DNA of 24,000 bases, taken from NCBI GenBank assembly GCA_020631865.1, contig JACKGS010000003.1, positions 45,098 through 69,097 on the forward strand, given 5' to 3'. The DNA comes from Candidatus Nomurabacteria bacterium (GTDB taxonomy: Bacteria; Patescibacteriota; Saccharimonadia; Saccharimonadales; UBA7683). A program made the translations under genes and the position numbers. Below the pieces are notes generated by a model. That model had not been told where the DNA came from. It saw nothing but the letters and a program-made list of their open reading frames with translations, and searched no databases. Numbering within the stretch: the first letter of the stretch is position 1; the number at the start of each line of letters is the position of its first letter. Shown here in pieces: positions 1 to 9,384 of this stretch.

Positions 1-445
1 ATTATCCTTGCATCGTTTTGCAAATAAATCTATAAATACGACCAATAATGAAAAAAGTAGCTGGTATCCTGTACCAACAACAATAATGAAGGATGAAAAC
101 GGTTTTGCTGACGGCTTAGTCAGCAACTCATGGGCTATGTCTGTTCTTTCGGAACAAGACCTAAACTTTCATGACCCATCATACAAAATACAAGTTAAAA
201 AGAATCCTACTAATGACATGTATGCACGAAACATAGCTCTAGTAATAGCCAGCGAAATGATGCAAACCAATAGAGGACATCGCTTAGGATGGTCTCAAAC
301 ACTTCGTAGCTTTAGCGGAGAAGACGATTCAAATGTAAATATGGCTCATAGAGAAAAAATAGTACAGTACCTAAATAACATACAATACTATATCCTAGAT
401 AAAATAGACTTGCTTGAAACACAAGATACAACTCAAACAAAATAA
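1..445 (+). CDS. hypothetical protein, C-terminal part (reading frame is open to the window start)
   Basis: The frame of ORF 8..445 has no stop back to base 2, so the gene probably starts left of the window. I recognise no motif. It ends at TAA 443-445. Confidence 0.5.
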   Translation, partial: LSLHRFANKSINTTNNEKSSWYPVPTTIMKDENGFADGLVSNSWAMSVLSEQDLNFHDPSYKIQVKKNPTNDMYARNIALVIASEMMQTNRGHRLGWSQTLRSFSGEDDSNVNMAHREKIVQYLNNIQYYILDKIDLLETQDTTQTK

Positions 446-607
446 TCTACCCGAATTGAAGATACACAGTGAGTTATACAAGAATATCATCTTGAATATA
501 CAAACTTATTTAGTACTTGATACTACGAACTGGACTTAAGCCGATACGACCGTAATAGGCGCCAGATTCTGAACACTCAGTGTCGTTAGCTATCGTTTAT
601 CTCGGTT

Positions 608-692
608 TGGTGGGCGAGGAGGGACTTGAACCCTCAATCCCGAAGGAACACGATTTTGAGTCGTGCGCGTATACCAATTCCGCCACTCGCCC
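608..692 (-). tRNA. tRNA-Leu (anticodon CAA)
   Basis: The reverse complement reads GGGCGAGTGGCGGAATTGGTATACGCGCACGACTCAAAATCGTGTTCCTTCGGGATTGAGGGTTCAAGTCCCTCCTCGCCCACCA. It has a 7-bp acceptor stem GGGCGAG/CTCGCCC and an anticodon stem CACGA/TCGTG with loop CTCAAAA (anticodon CAA). It also has the long variable arm of class II tRNAs, a T-arm GAGGG-TTCAAGT-CCCTC, and an encoded CCA. Confidence 0.9.
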
Positions 693-751
693 TAGTTGTT
701 AGATGTGCTCTAGCAGTTTAGTGTCTTGCGGGACATGGTGATTTGCGCAGA

Positions 752-804
752 GCGCGTATACTATTACTTATGGTCGTACTTCGTACAAACCCGCCACTCG
801 CCCT
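752..804 (-). repeat. partial duplicate of the 5' part of tRNA-Leu (non-functional fragment)
   Basis: The 14-mer ccgccactcgccct (680-693) recurs at 791-804, and gcgcgtatac (665-674) recurs at 752-761. In the copy they are 28 nt apart instead of 4. No anticodon arm or T arm follows. Confidence 0.5.
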
Positions 805-958
805 TCAGACAGAGATAAACATGAATGTAGTGAATTGCCTACCAACTACACCGTTGCTGTACAAAATGTTAAATAACGTAGTCTACTAGCATACTAGCAT
901 TAGCTAATATTGCGTAATAATTGTACACTATTATCTGTATATAAGCACGACCACAACC

Positions 959-2137
959 ATGAATGACGATACAAATTTAATTAAACCCAGTTCACGACAA
1001 CCAAATGAAAGACCTCTGACTCAGAGGCCACCAATTAACTGGCCAATTCATCGTGCTTCACCATCTGAAAATAGAACTACAGACTTTGCCAGAAAACAAG
1101 TTGAGCGCAGCTATGTAAACGCCCCCACTTTACATCATGCACAAACCTCACCAAGCAATATCAACTCAGAATCAAGCCATACTCAACATACTCTAAGAAA
1201 TACTTCCGTTGATGCAAGCCAATACCATCAAGCATGGCAACAATACTACCACCAATATTTTTATCAGTATTACGCAAATTGGTGGCGACAACAGCCTCAT
1301 AGCCAGGCGACAGTAAATAACGCTACCCATACGGACACAAAATTAAATGAACATGAAATTATTAACAAAAACTTAAAAGCCAAAATACGAGCTACTGCCA
1401 AAAAACAAGCTCAGCGCGTAAAATCCAGCAATCACTATAAGCCAGCGTTAGCTTCAATATCAGTTGGTTTATTTTTCCTATTAATAAATTATAATCAGGT
1501 ACTCGTCGGGGCGGTAAAACAGTATGTTTCTCCAGGAAGCGTTGTTACGACTCCCGTGATAGTAGAATCTAGTGCCAGTGCCATGGTTGGCCCTGAGCCA
1601 AAAATTATTATTCCCAAAATTGGGGTAGAGGCGCCAGTTGTATACGATGAACCCAATATCGATGAAGCAAGTTATCAAAAAGCGCTAGAAAGGGGAGTTG
1701 TGCGACTAGGCAACAGCGCGGACCCCGGAACTAACGGTAATGTTGTAATCGGGGGTCATTCAAGCAATAACGTTTTTAATGCCGGTGGATTTAAATATGT
1801 TTTTGTAAACTTGAAGCAACTAGATGTAGGTGATGTATTTTACCTTAACTACAATTCAAAACGCTATACTTACAAAGTTACTGTTGCAAAAAAAATTATT
1901 ACACCCCAAGAAACTTCCGTCCTAGCACAAACTAGCACGCCAACGATCACATTATTTACATGCGATCCACCAGGAACCAATGTTAACCGACTCATTGTAC
2001 AAGCCACGCAAATAGACCCAAGCCCCAGTAGTGCCACCAAAGTATCAAATAAGACAATTGAGGTGAATCCGGAGAATCCATTACCCAGCGTAGCACCTAG
2101 TATGTGGGATTGGCTACTGCGAAGAGATAAAAACTAA
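959..2137 (+). CDS. membrane-anchored sortase family transpeptidase with a long Q/H/Y/W-rich N-terminal region
   Basis: The catalytic signature TLFTCDPPGT (TLxTC Cys) is present, with an upstream His in VVIGGHSS and a downstream Arg in NRLIVQA. A TM segment ALASISVGLFFLLINY precedes the catalytic domain. Confidence 0.85.
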   Translation: MNDDTNLIKPSSRQPNERPLTQRPPINWPIHRASPSENRTTDFARKQVERSYVNAPTLHHAQTSPSNINSESSHTQHTLRNTSVDASQYHQAWQQYYHQYFYQYYANWWRQQPHSQATVNNATHTDTKLNEHEIINKNLKAKIRATAKKQAQRVKSSNHYKPALASISVGLFFLLINYNQVLVGAVKQYVSPGSVVTTPVIVESSASAMVGPEPKIIIPKIGVEAPVVYDEPNIDEASYQKALERGVVRLGNSADPGTNGNVVIGGHSSNNVFNAGGFKYVFVNLKQLDVGDVFYLNYNSKRYTYKVTVAKKIITPQETSVLAQTSTPTITLFTCDPPGTNVNRLIVQATQIDPSPSSATKVSNKTIEVNPENPLPSVAPSMWDWLLRRDKN

Positions 2138-2143
2138 TCTAAT

Positions 2144-3586
2144 TTAATCTTCAACTATTAAACTTGTCATATTGAACGTTGTATCATTATCTTTTTGTGT
2201 AAAGCTGTAGTATGTTTTATAGTCTCTAGAAAAATATGCCTTAGATCCAGGCATTACTACGCTCAATAACTGAAGATTAGCAGAATCATATTCAAATATA
2301 TATGAACTGTTATCGGTCGATACGGCCTGAATCCGATGATCGTCTATCCATCCAAGCCTACTTCCACCTAGAATCTCAAACGGAAGAGTATTCTGATAAT
2401 TAAACAGATCCCTTAGATCATACACCGATACTTGGTTACTATTTTGTAACATTATAAATTGGCCTGAACCACTAGTCTCTATTTTTCCGATATTAGAAAA
2501 CTTTAACTTAACCAATGGTAGTTGTTTTTTTAATATCGGCTTCTTCAGTGGGTCTTTATAAATTACCGCACCAGAATCATCTGAATTTGCAATAACAAAA
2601 TAGTGGTGTTGATCATACTCATGATAAGAAAGGTTAACCGGAACGTCTAAATGATCTGACGATTCAATTACGTATGCATTGTGATCTTTATAGATACCTA
2701 TCTCACGCTTATCGTCCACATTACGTACAAATAAAATAGTGTCGTCTGAATACGGCTGGTAACTTATGATATTTTGCATCACCAGAGTTAAGCTCTGTGC
2801 TTTAATATCATATCTTGCTAGAGTACCGTCTTTTATGCCGTATATCTGGTTTGTATTATCACCAACAAAATGCACATCAAGTGGTGATTGTTCACCAAAA
2901 ATAGCTGTTATATTTATTACTTCAGTTGGATTTTCAACATCCAAACTTAATATCTGAGTCTTACCACTAGGCAGAGTCTGCTCCAAAAGAATATTTTTAT
3001 TGTTTAAAGCCCACTCAATAACCTTAAGCACGCCCAGCTTACCTTCCTCCTTCACGATGCTGGGACCTAGGTCTAAAGATTTAATTTTCGAGTTTTTGGC
3101 ATTAAGATCAATCAACTGAATATCACCACTGTCTTGAGAATAAGTTAATATTTTTTTCCGATCACCAGATTGACTAATCATTTCTGGGGTTTTGATACTT
3201 AGAATATGTTCTGAATTGAGCTTATTTGGTATCAGCAGTGGGTATCCAACCTCTCGAACCTTAGAGGCATCCACTCTAACAGTTTTTGACCAATCACGAT
3301 AACCTTTTAATTTTAAACCTAGTTTGTAGTCTCCAGCAGGCAATACAAACCTAGATGGCGCAGTGGAATCTTCTAGCTTGTCGTTAATATACACACTGGC
3401 AGATTCTGGACGATTATCTACCAAAAGCAGGCCATCCCTAACCACTTTTCCACCAGAACCCAGTCGATAACCTTGAGCTAGGTAAATCAGAAGTGCTGTA
3501 GTGATAATTGTCATTATGAATGTAATGGCATATGCTATGATTCTTAGAACAGTCTTTTGACGATCTTTTGTATCTACTCGATGCAT
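2144..3586 (-). CDS. PEGA domain-containing membrane protein
   Basis: An N-terminal TM helix (IIAYAITFIMTIITTALLIYL) is followed by a PEGA-like segment SVYINDKLEDSTAPSRFVLPAGDYKLGLKLKGYRDWSKTVRV and a long beta-rich C-terminal region. I prefer the ATG at 3586 (MHRVDTKDRQK...). The longest ORF reaches 3646 but adds an implausible Cys/Tyr-rich leader. Confidence 0.7.
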   Translation of the reverse strand: MHRVDTKDRQKTVLRIIAYAITFIMTIITTALLIYLAQGYRLGSGGKVVRDGLLLVDNRPESASVYINDKLEDSTAPSRFVLPAGDYKLGLKLKGYRDWSKTVRVDASKVREVGYPLLIPNKLNSEHILSIKTPEMISQSGDRKKILTYSQDSGDIQLIDLNAKNSKIKSLDLGPSIVKEEGKLGVLKVIEWALNNKNILLEQTLPSGKTQILSLDVENPTEVINITAIFGEQSPLDVHFVGDNTNQIYGIKDGTLARYDIKAQSLTLVMQNIISYQPYSDDTILFVRNVDDKREIGIYKDHNAYVIESSDHLDVPVNLSYHEYDQHHYFVIANSDDSGAVIYKDPLKKPILKKQLPLVKLKFSNIGKIETSGSGQFIMLQNSNQVSVYDLRDLFNYQNTLPFEILGGSRLGWIDDHRIQAVSTDNSSYIFEYDSANLQLLSVVMPGSKAYFSRDYKTYYSFTQKDNDTTFNMTSLIVED

Positions 3587-3700
3587 ATATCCATAATAAC
3601 ACTTGCAAGCACGTTTATTACGGCGTAATATTATAAGAGCAAGCAAAAGCGCAATGTAATTTAAATTTAATCGATAATCTAGAAGTAGGCATCAAAAAAT

Positions 3701-4804
3701 ATGAGTTCACGCAATACAATTCACATCAATGGGAAAGTCTACGACGCTAAAACTGGAATTATTATTGATAACAAAACTAGTCTGCAGCCACATAAAATTA
3801 CCATCACAGACGTAGCCCCACAAAAACAAATTACTAAAAGCCCAGCGCCTAAAACCACCACAGTAGCTTCAAAACAAAAAATCGTCACAACACCCGAGCC
3901 CCAAATAGCCAGATCCAACTCGGATCACCGTAAAACACATACATATCACGTCAAACCCAAGAAATCCTTAACAATTAACCGCAGAATTGTAAAAGCACCA
4001 ACTCTAGCAACCGAAGCAACGCCTGCGGCTGTAAAAAAACCGAGTATTCCGACTAGAAGCACTGCTCAAGTTAGAGTTAACCGTGCAAATAACATCAATC
4101 AAAGTCATCACATTTCTAAATTCCATAGACCACAAACACAGCAAAAGACATCAGAAGAGATATCACCAGTACCCGTTACAGCTAAAAAGAATCTTGAGAC
4201 AAAACCTGAAAACATCAACCAAAATAAGAGTCCAAAGAGCAGCATAGTCCATTCTAGTCTAGCTCATAAAATTGTAGCCGAGTCGGTTATACAGCCTGAC
4301 GAGCACACTAAATTAACTAAGAAGTCAAAACGTCGCCATATTTTAAATAACCATTTTTCAAAATATGCAAGCGGTCTCGCTGTAGTTCTGGTTCTTGGTG
4401 CATATGTTGCCTATTTAAATATCCCATCAATCTCAATGAAGGTCGCTGCGAATCGTGCTGGATTTTCTGCCAATTTACCAAGCTATACACCTAGTGGATA
4501 TAGCTTACAAAATCCGATAGTTCATTCACCGGGCCAAGTTGCCATTAACTTCAAATCTAATACTGATGAAAGAAAATTTAGCCTGACTCAACAGCCCACA
4601 AACTGGGATTCAGCAGCTTTGTTAGAAAATGTAGTTACAAAAAATAATCCCAACTATTTAACCTATCAAGATAGAGGATTAACAATTTATATTTTCGACG
4701 GCAGCAGTGCAGCATGGGTTAATGACGGAAAAATGTATCAAGTCAACGGTGAGGGCTCTAGCTTAGATGCCGATCAGTTGTTAAAAATCGCTACCAGCGT
4801 TTAA
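3701..4804 (+). CDS. hypothetical single-pass membrane protein (disordered K/P/T-rich N-terminus, folded extracytoplasmic C-terminal domain)
   Basis: The ORF is 367 aa. A TM helix ASGLAVVLVLGAYVAYL sits at about residue 225. The C-terminal roughly 120 aa (PSYTPSGYSLQN...) resemble anti-sigma-type or DUF4367-like domains, but this assignment is weak. Confidence 0.55.
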   Translation: MSSRNTIHINGKVYDAKTGIIIDNKTSLQPHKITITDVAPQKQITKSPAPKTTTVASKQKIVTTPEPQIARSNSDHRKTHTYHVKPKKSLTINRRIVKAPTLATEATPAAVKKPSIPTRSTAQVRVNRANNINQSHHISKFHRPQTQQKTSEEISPVPVTAKKNLETKPENINQNKSPKSSIVHSSLAHKIVAESVIQPDEHTKLTKKSKRRHILNNHFSKYASGLAVVLVLGAYVAYLNIPSISMKVAANRAGFSANLPSYTPSGYSLQNPIVHSPGQVAINFKSNTDERKFSLTQQPTNWDSAALLENVVTKNNPNYLTYQDRGLTIYIFDGSSAAWVNDGKMYQVNGEGSSLDADQLLKIATSV

Positions 4805-4876
4805 TTACACCGATCTCACACATAACCTTGTTATAGTAAACTATGATTATTACCTCTGTTATGGTATCGTATTTTT

Positions 4877-5131
4877 ATGGATAAATTCAGAAACCCGATT
4901 AAGCATAATCATGACACCGTAGTACAAACCCCAGAAGTATCCGGAATTAAGATTGCTGGATATGGGTTGATTCTTGGAGGGCTGGCAACGCTAGCAGAGG
5001 CGAGGCTTGGGGCACTAGGTTTACCAGCGAATTACGAAACTGGAGTGGCACTTATAACAGCAGGATTAACCACACTTAATGTTCGTGAAGTTCTCATTAG
5101 TACCAGTAAACACAAGGATACAAATGAATAA
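4877..5131 (+). CDS. small hypothetical membrane protein
   Basis: The 84-aa ORF has Gly/Ala/Leu-rich hydrophobic stretches. Its stop overlaps the gltX start as ATGAATAA, which suggests translational coupling. Confidence 0.4.
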   Translation: MDKFRNPIKHNHDTVVQTPEVSGIKIAGYGLILGGLATLAEARLGALGLPANYETGVALITAGLTTLNVREVLISTSKHKDTNE

Positions 5132-6554
5132 TATCAGGACTCGCTTTGCACCAAGCCCAACCGGGTTCCTGCATGTCGGTGGCATACGTACTGCTTTATT
5201 TGCATATTTAGTTGCAAAACAAGCTGATGGCCAATTTATATTACGACTTGAAGATACAGATCAAAAAAGAGAAGTTGAAGGCTCCGCTGAGCACTTGATG
5301 GAATCACTACATTCACTTGGTATTGAATACGATGAAGGGCCAGATAGACCTGGTGATTTTGGACCTTATCGTCAATCTAAGCGTTTAGATATCTACATAA
5401 AATGGGCTCAGAGATTAATTGACTCTGGCAGAGCCTACGCGGATCCATATTCCTCGGAAGAAGTTCAAAAATTTAGAGAACAAGCTCAGAAAACTAAACA
5501 GCCATTCTTATACCGTAATCATCGGCCAGAGAATCCGCCTGCATGGGACGGCAGCCAGCCACTAAGATTTAAATCAGACCCTAAAGAATATGAGTGGCAC
5601 GATGAAGTTATGGGGGACCTGAGGACAGGGCCGGAAGTAATTGATGATATTATTCTAATTAAATCTGATGGTTACCCAACATATAATTTTGCTCACATCG
5701 TTGATGATGCCGAGATGGAGATTACTCACGTAATTCGCGGACAGGAGTTCCTCTCCAGCCAACCGAATTACCTCAACCTCTACGAGGCGCTAGGGCTAGA
5801 GAAGCCTATTTTTGCCACCATGCCACACATCATGAACGATCAAGGCAATAAAAAGCTCGGTAAAAGAGATGGAGCAAAAGATGTGCTAGACTACATAAAA
5901 GACGGTTTTTTACCAGACGCAATGGTGAGCTTTATCGCTACCCTTGGTTGGAATGATAGCACTGAACAAGAAATCTTTACCAAAAAAGAACTGATTGAAA
6001 AATTTAGTTTAAACAGGGTAGGTAAGAGCGGTGCGCAATTTGATCAACGGCGACTTTTGTGGACGAACGGTCATTTTATTCGATCGCTTGACATCGATGT
6101 TTTATACACCCTTTGTCAAGACTACTGGCCAGAATCAGCCAAAAATGCTGACGAAGATTACAAAAAGCAGGTACTAACCCTGGTACAAGAGCGTATGAAG
6201 TATCTAGCCGAGCTACCAGAGCTAATTAATTTCTTCTTTGAAGAACCAGCACCCGACCTTGAACTAATTACATCTAACAAACAGCTCAAAAAACTAGATC
6301 ACAATCGGATAAAAGAACTACTAGAGCTCAGTAGACAGAATCTAGAACAAAGCAATTTCACTCATGGAGATATTCAAGAACAACTCAATCAACTCTTAGA
6401 CCAAACCGGCGAAAAACCAGCCGTAGTGTTCAGTCTAATCCGTATCGCGACTACTTGGGCCCCGGCCAGCCCTCAGTTAAACACCAGTCTAGCAGTTCTC
6501 GGTAAACAAACTACTCTATCCAGAATACAAAAGGCAATAGATCTACTAACATAG
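5124..6554 (+). CDS. gltX: glutamate--tRNA ligase
   Basis: The N-terminus RTRFAPSPTGFLHVGGIRTALF carries the class I HIGH motif. A KMSKS-like KKLGKRDG, YPTYNFAHIVDD and VIRGQEF are also present. The start is set at ATG 5124 (MNNIRTRF...); the 5079 start in the ORF track adds a non-homologous leader. Confidence 0.95.
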   Translation: MNNIRTRFAPSPTGFLHVGGIRTALFAYLVAKQADGQFILRLEDTDQKREVEGSAEHLMESLHSLGIEYDEGPDRPGDFGPYRQSKRLDIYIKWAQRLIDSGRAYADPYSSEEVQKFREQAQKTKQPFLYRNHRPENPPAWDGSQPLRFKSDPKEYEWHDEVMGDLRTGPEVIDDIILIKSDGYPTYNFAHIVDDAEMEITHVIRGQEFLSSQPNYLNLYEALGLEKPIFATMPHIMNDQGNKKLGKRDGAKDVLDYIKDGFLPDAMVSFIATLGWNDSTEQEIFTKKELIEKFSLNRVGKSGAQFDQRRLLWTNGHFIRSLDIDVLYTLCQDYWPESAKNADEDYKKQVLTLVQERMKYLAELPELINFFFEEPAPDLELITSNKQLKKLDHNRIKELLELSRQNLEQSNFTHGDIQEQLNQLLDQTGEKPAVVFSLIRIATTWAPASPQLNTSLAVLGKQTTLSRIQKAIDLLT

Positions 6555-6555
6555 C

Positions 6556-7293
6556 GTGATGAATAATTCTCAGCTGATTCATGATTTTCAAAATAACAAG
6601 CAAGGTAAGCACGTTATTATTGAAGGAGCACAGGCGCTAAAGCATGCTGTGAGGTTCGGGGCAGAAATTGAACATATTATCACATGTGATATATCTGAGC
6701 TAAATAAGTTAGTAGATGAGTTGGCACCTGATATATCACCTATGATATCAAGTAAAATTTTAGAGGTAGACGACGGAACTTTTCAAAAAATTAGCCCTAA
6801 AAATCATCGCACTAGAGTGGTGACGCTTGCCAAAAAACAAAATTATTTACTTAACGATATCGACAAGAGCAAACCAATTATATTTTTAGAAGATCCTAAA
6901 GATCTAGAAAATATCGGCGCTGTAATTAGAGCTTCAGCCGCCGCAGATGCCGGTGCAGTAATTACCGATGCTCAAGCCAGTGTTTGGCATCCGGCAGTAG
7001 TTAGGGGAGGGGCGGGTCTTCAGTACGCATTACCCGTGCTAAACTCAACCCTTACTGAAGTTATAAACTATTTCCCAAATAGAAAAATTATATCATTAGA
7101 TCCCGAAGGCGAAGACATCACTAACGAAAACATTGAAAATGACTGCATTTTAATATTTGGCACCGAACGGCATGGAATTAAGCCGGAAACATTAAAGAAA
7201 TCAGATAAGGTAGTGAGGCTATCCATGAAGCCAGGAGTCAGTAGCCTAAACCTAGCCACCTCGGTATCCGCAACGCTCTATTTAATTAAATAG
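6556..7293 (+). CDS. SpoU/TrmH-family RNA 2'-O-methyltransferase
   Basis: SPOUT motifs are present: LEDPKDLENIGAVIRASAAADAGAVI, ILIFGTERHGI and SSLNLATSVSATLY. The start is GTG 6556 or ATG 6559, 2 nt after the gltX stop. Confidence 0.85.
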   Translation: MMNNSQLIHDFQNNKQGKHVIIEGAQALKHAVRFGAEIEHIITCDISELNKLVDELAPDISPMISSKILEVDDGTFQKISPKNHRTRVVTLAKKQNYLLNDIDKSKPIIFLEDPKDLENIGAVIRASAAADAGAVITDAQASVWHPAVVRGGAGLQYALPVLNSTLTEVINYFPNRKIISLDPEGEDITNENIENDCILIFGTERHGIKPETLKKSDKVVRLSMKPGVSSLNLATSVSATLYLIK

Positions 7294-7333
7294 CATTTTT
7301 CCATTTTCCATTTTCCATTTTTCATTTTTCATT
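7294..7333. repeat. tandem heptamer repeat (C)CATTTT(T), about 5.5 copies
   Basis: The sequence reads cattttt ccatttt ccatttt ccattttt cattttt catt, directly after the TAG stop of the methyltransferase gene. Confidence 0.7.
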
Positions 7334-7394
7334 AAATTATGCGCCTCTACCGCATCTCTAGCAATTATATTAATCGTCTGTTAACATAAGCGTT

Positions 7395-8534
7395 ATGAAA
7401 GAAAAACAAACAAAATCTGATAGTTTTCATAAGTATAGTAATTATGAACCTCACCTAAAGCCTATCGACAAACCAAAAGGTGATAAGTTTAAGAAAATTA
7501 ACAAGTGGTTATCTAGCCACAAGTTTTTGGTTCTCTCTTTTATATCCATCCTAGCAATCACGCTAGGCGTAAGTGTTTACTACCTTTTTGGTACCATAGA
7601 TTACAGTACGCCAACGGTCGCAAGCGTCAAGAAGAAAGAGATCAAAAAAACCTATTCACCGTTAACCGGCACAGAAGTCAGTGAAGCAGACAGCAAGCTA
7701 CCACTCACCGCAGTAATGATAGAAAATAGCCCTGAGGCAAGGCCTCAGAGTGGTCTTAAAGATGCGGGCGTAGTATTTGAAGCAGTTGCCGAAGGTGGCA
7801 TAACTCGCTTTTTGGCTATTTATCAAGAAGCTAAGCCGGGTGTTATTGGGCCAGTCAGAAGTGTACGACCTCATTACGCAAGCTGGGTAGCAGCTTTTGA
7901 TGCCGGATTAGCTCATGTCGGCGGAAGCGACATACCACTAGCAAAACTCCGTAGCGGGCAAATTAAAGATTTAGATCAATTTTTTAATGCTGGAGCATAC
8001 TACCGCTCAAACGAACGCTATGCTCCACACAATGTTTATACATCTATGGAAAAGCTTCAGGGCCTTAATAATGCCAAGAAATATTCCACCAGCACATTCA
8101 CGTCATGGACAAGAGTAAAAAAAGAACAAGTATCACCAACTCCAACCGCTAAATCCATAGACATACCTGTATCTACCGGACTATTTGCCGTTCATTACGA
8201 CTGGGACCCAGCAACAAACAGCTATCAAAGAAGCCAGGGTGGCGGCGCACATATCGACAGAGAGGCGGGCAGAATAACACCCAAAGTAGTTATCACTATG
8301 CAAGTTCCTCATGATGTAATTAAAGAATCCAACCGCTACAGCTATCCAGATGTTATCGGAAGTGGAAAAGCCTGGCTATTCCAGAACGGCACAGTAACCG
8401 AAATAGGCTGGTCAAAAGCAAGTGATAAGGATCAAATTATCTTCACAGACCCCACCGGTAAACCCGTAGAATTTAACCGTGGCCAAACATGGATAACAGC
8501 AATCAAACCAGACAAAACACCATCCTGGCAGTAA
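7395..8534 (+). CDS. DUF3048 domain-containing protein (YerB-like, membrane-anchored)
   Basis: An N-terminal TM helix is followed by PLTAVMIENSPEARPQSGLKDAGVVFEAVAEGGITRFLAIY and RSVRPHY, which are characteristic of the DUF3048 family. Confidence 0.8.
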   Translation: MKEKQTKSDSFHKYSNYEPHLKPIDKPKGDKFKKINKWLSSHKFLVLSFISILAITLGVSVYYLFGTIDYSTPTVASVKKKEIKKTYSPLTGTEVSEADSKLPLTAVMIENSPEARPQSGLKDAGVVFEAVAEGGITRFLAIYQEAKPGVIGPVRSVRPHYASWVAAFDAGLAHVGGSDIPLAKLRSGQIKDLDQFFNAGAYYRSNERYAPHNVYTSMEKLQGLNNAKKYSTSTFTSWTRVKKEQVSPTPTAKSIDIPVSTGLFAVHYDWDPATNSYQRSQGGGAHIDREAGRITPKVVITMQVPHDVIKESNRYSYPDVIGSGKAWLFQNGTVTEIGWSKASDKDQIIFTDPTGKPVEFNRGQTWITAIKPDKTPSWQ

Positions 8535-8943
8535 AATACAGTATAAGCAGAAATAACTATACTGATTAATGAGCGATTTGGTATCTATAATCAAACTTTA
8601 GTATTTCACAACAATATTAAAGTTATATAATTTACATTAGCTGAAACACTAAGCTTCTTGCCAACCGTTCGAAAAAGCTGGTCTGACCCCTTTTCTGAAA
8701 CGCTGTCTAGTTACATTATAACTACCGTCAGGTTTACGATAGCTCTTGTTGCCTTACATAACTATAGCTTCGTTTCCATGGGCCACCCAGTGACATGGCT
8801 ATTTTTGAATGGTGCATTTTCTCTGGTATTGATTCACCGCCGCAAAGTAGCATCAAGGCAATAAATTATGCAGAACTAAAAAGAAGCTCGAGGTGGATGA
8901 CTAGCATCGTTCGTGCTTCAATATTCATATACTAGCAAAATAT

Positions 8944-9342
8944 TTAGCCTATGTCAATAACTTTGCCATGACGCGTAATAAACTTTATGGCCACGATCTT
9001 CGGCAATTCCAAAAGCTGTGTAGCCAACTCTCGCTCAACAGCTTTGTCTGGCATACCCTTCATACGCTTTGCGGTAAAGACTATTTTGTTAGACTGCCAA
9101 CCGGCTAATTTGAGATTACGCCTAACGGCCTTGAGGCTGCTAGTACGTGGTGATTTCATTTCCCACTTTTCACCGTCTATTAATACGTCGGGCGTTGATT
9201 CGTATTTTTTATCACTTGGTTTTATGAATTCAACTGTATAGCCAGCGTTCGCCAACCGATCTGCCATATATTGCTCATGCGGCCAGACATTAAGCCCGGC
9301 AATTTTGATTACTTTTCCAACTTTATTTGACATCACCTCCAT
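8944..9342 (-). CDS. small PD-(D/E)xK-type nuclease-fold protein (resembles stand-alone CdiA-CT/tRNA-nuclease-like toxin domains)
   Basis: The 132-aa ORF contains STPDVLIDGEKWEMKSP, which fits the D...ExK catalytic motif. A downstream QSNKIVF strand follows. The family assignment is from memory of the motif pattern only. Confidence 0.45.
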   Translation of the reverse strand: MEVMSNKVGKVIKIAGLNVWPHEQYMADRLANAGYTVEFIKPSDKKYESTPDVLIDGEKWEMKSPRTSSLKAVRRNLKLAGWQSNKIVFTAKRMKGMPDKAVERELATQLLELPKIVAIKFITRHGKVIDIG

Positions 9343-9384
9343 TATACATCAAGAAGTTTTTCTACCTCTGTCTCCTCAGTATAC

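Noticed and set aside
8535-8943. A roughly 400-bp gap without good ORFs: possible ncRNA (RNase P, tmRNA, 6S, SRP), or the 68-aa ORF 8658-8864
   Set aside because: I found no conserved motifs of those RNAs on either strand. The 68-aa ORF starts at TTG and has an implausible composition. The region probably marks the core/accessory boundary, but I cannot support any specific feature.
8944-9342. Could this 132-aa ORF be the missing DGR accessory protein Avd?
   Set aside because: Avd proteins are four-helix bundles of the 23S-rRNA-intervening-sequence family with a recognisable helical, basic pattern. This ORF instead shows an alternating strand/helix pattern with a D...ExK nuclease-like motif. 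It is also separated from TR by about 700 nt and an att-like boundary.
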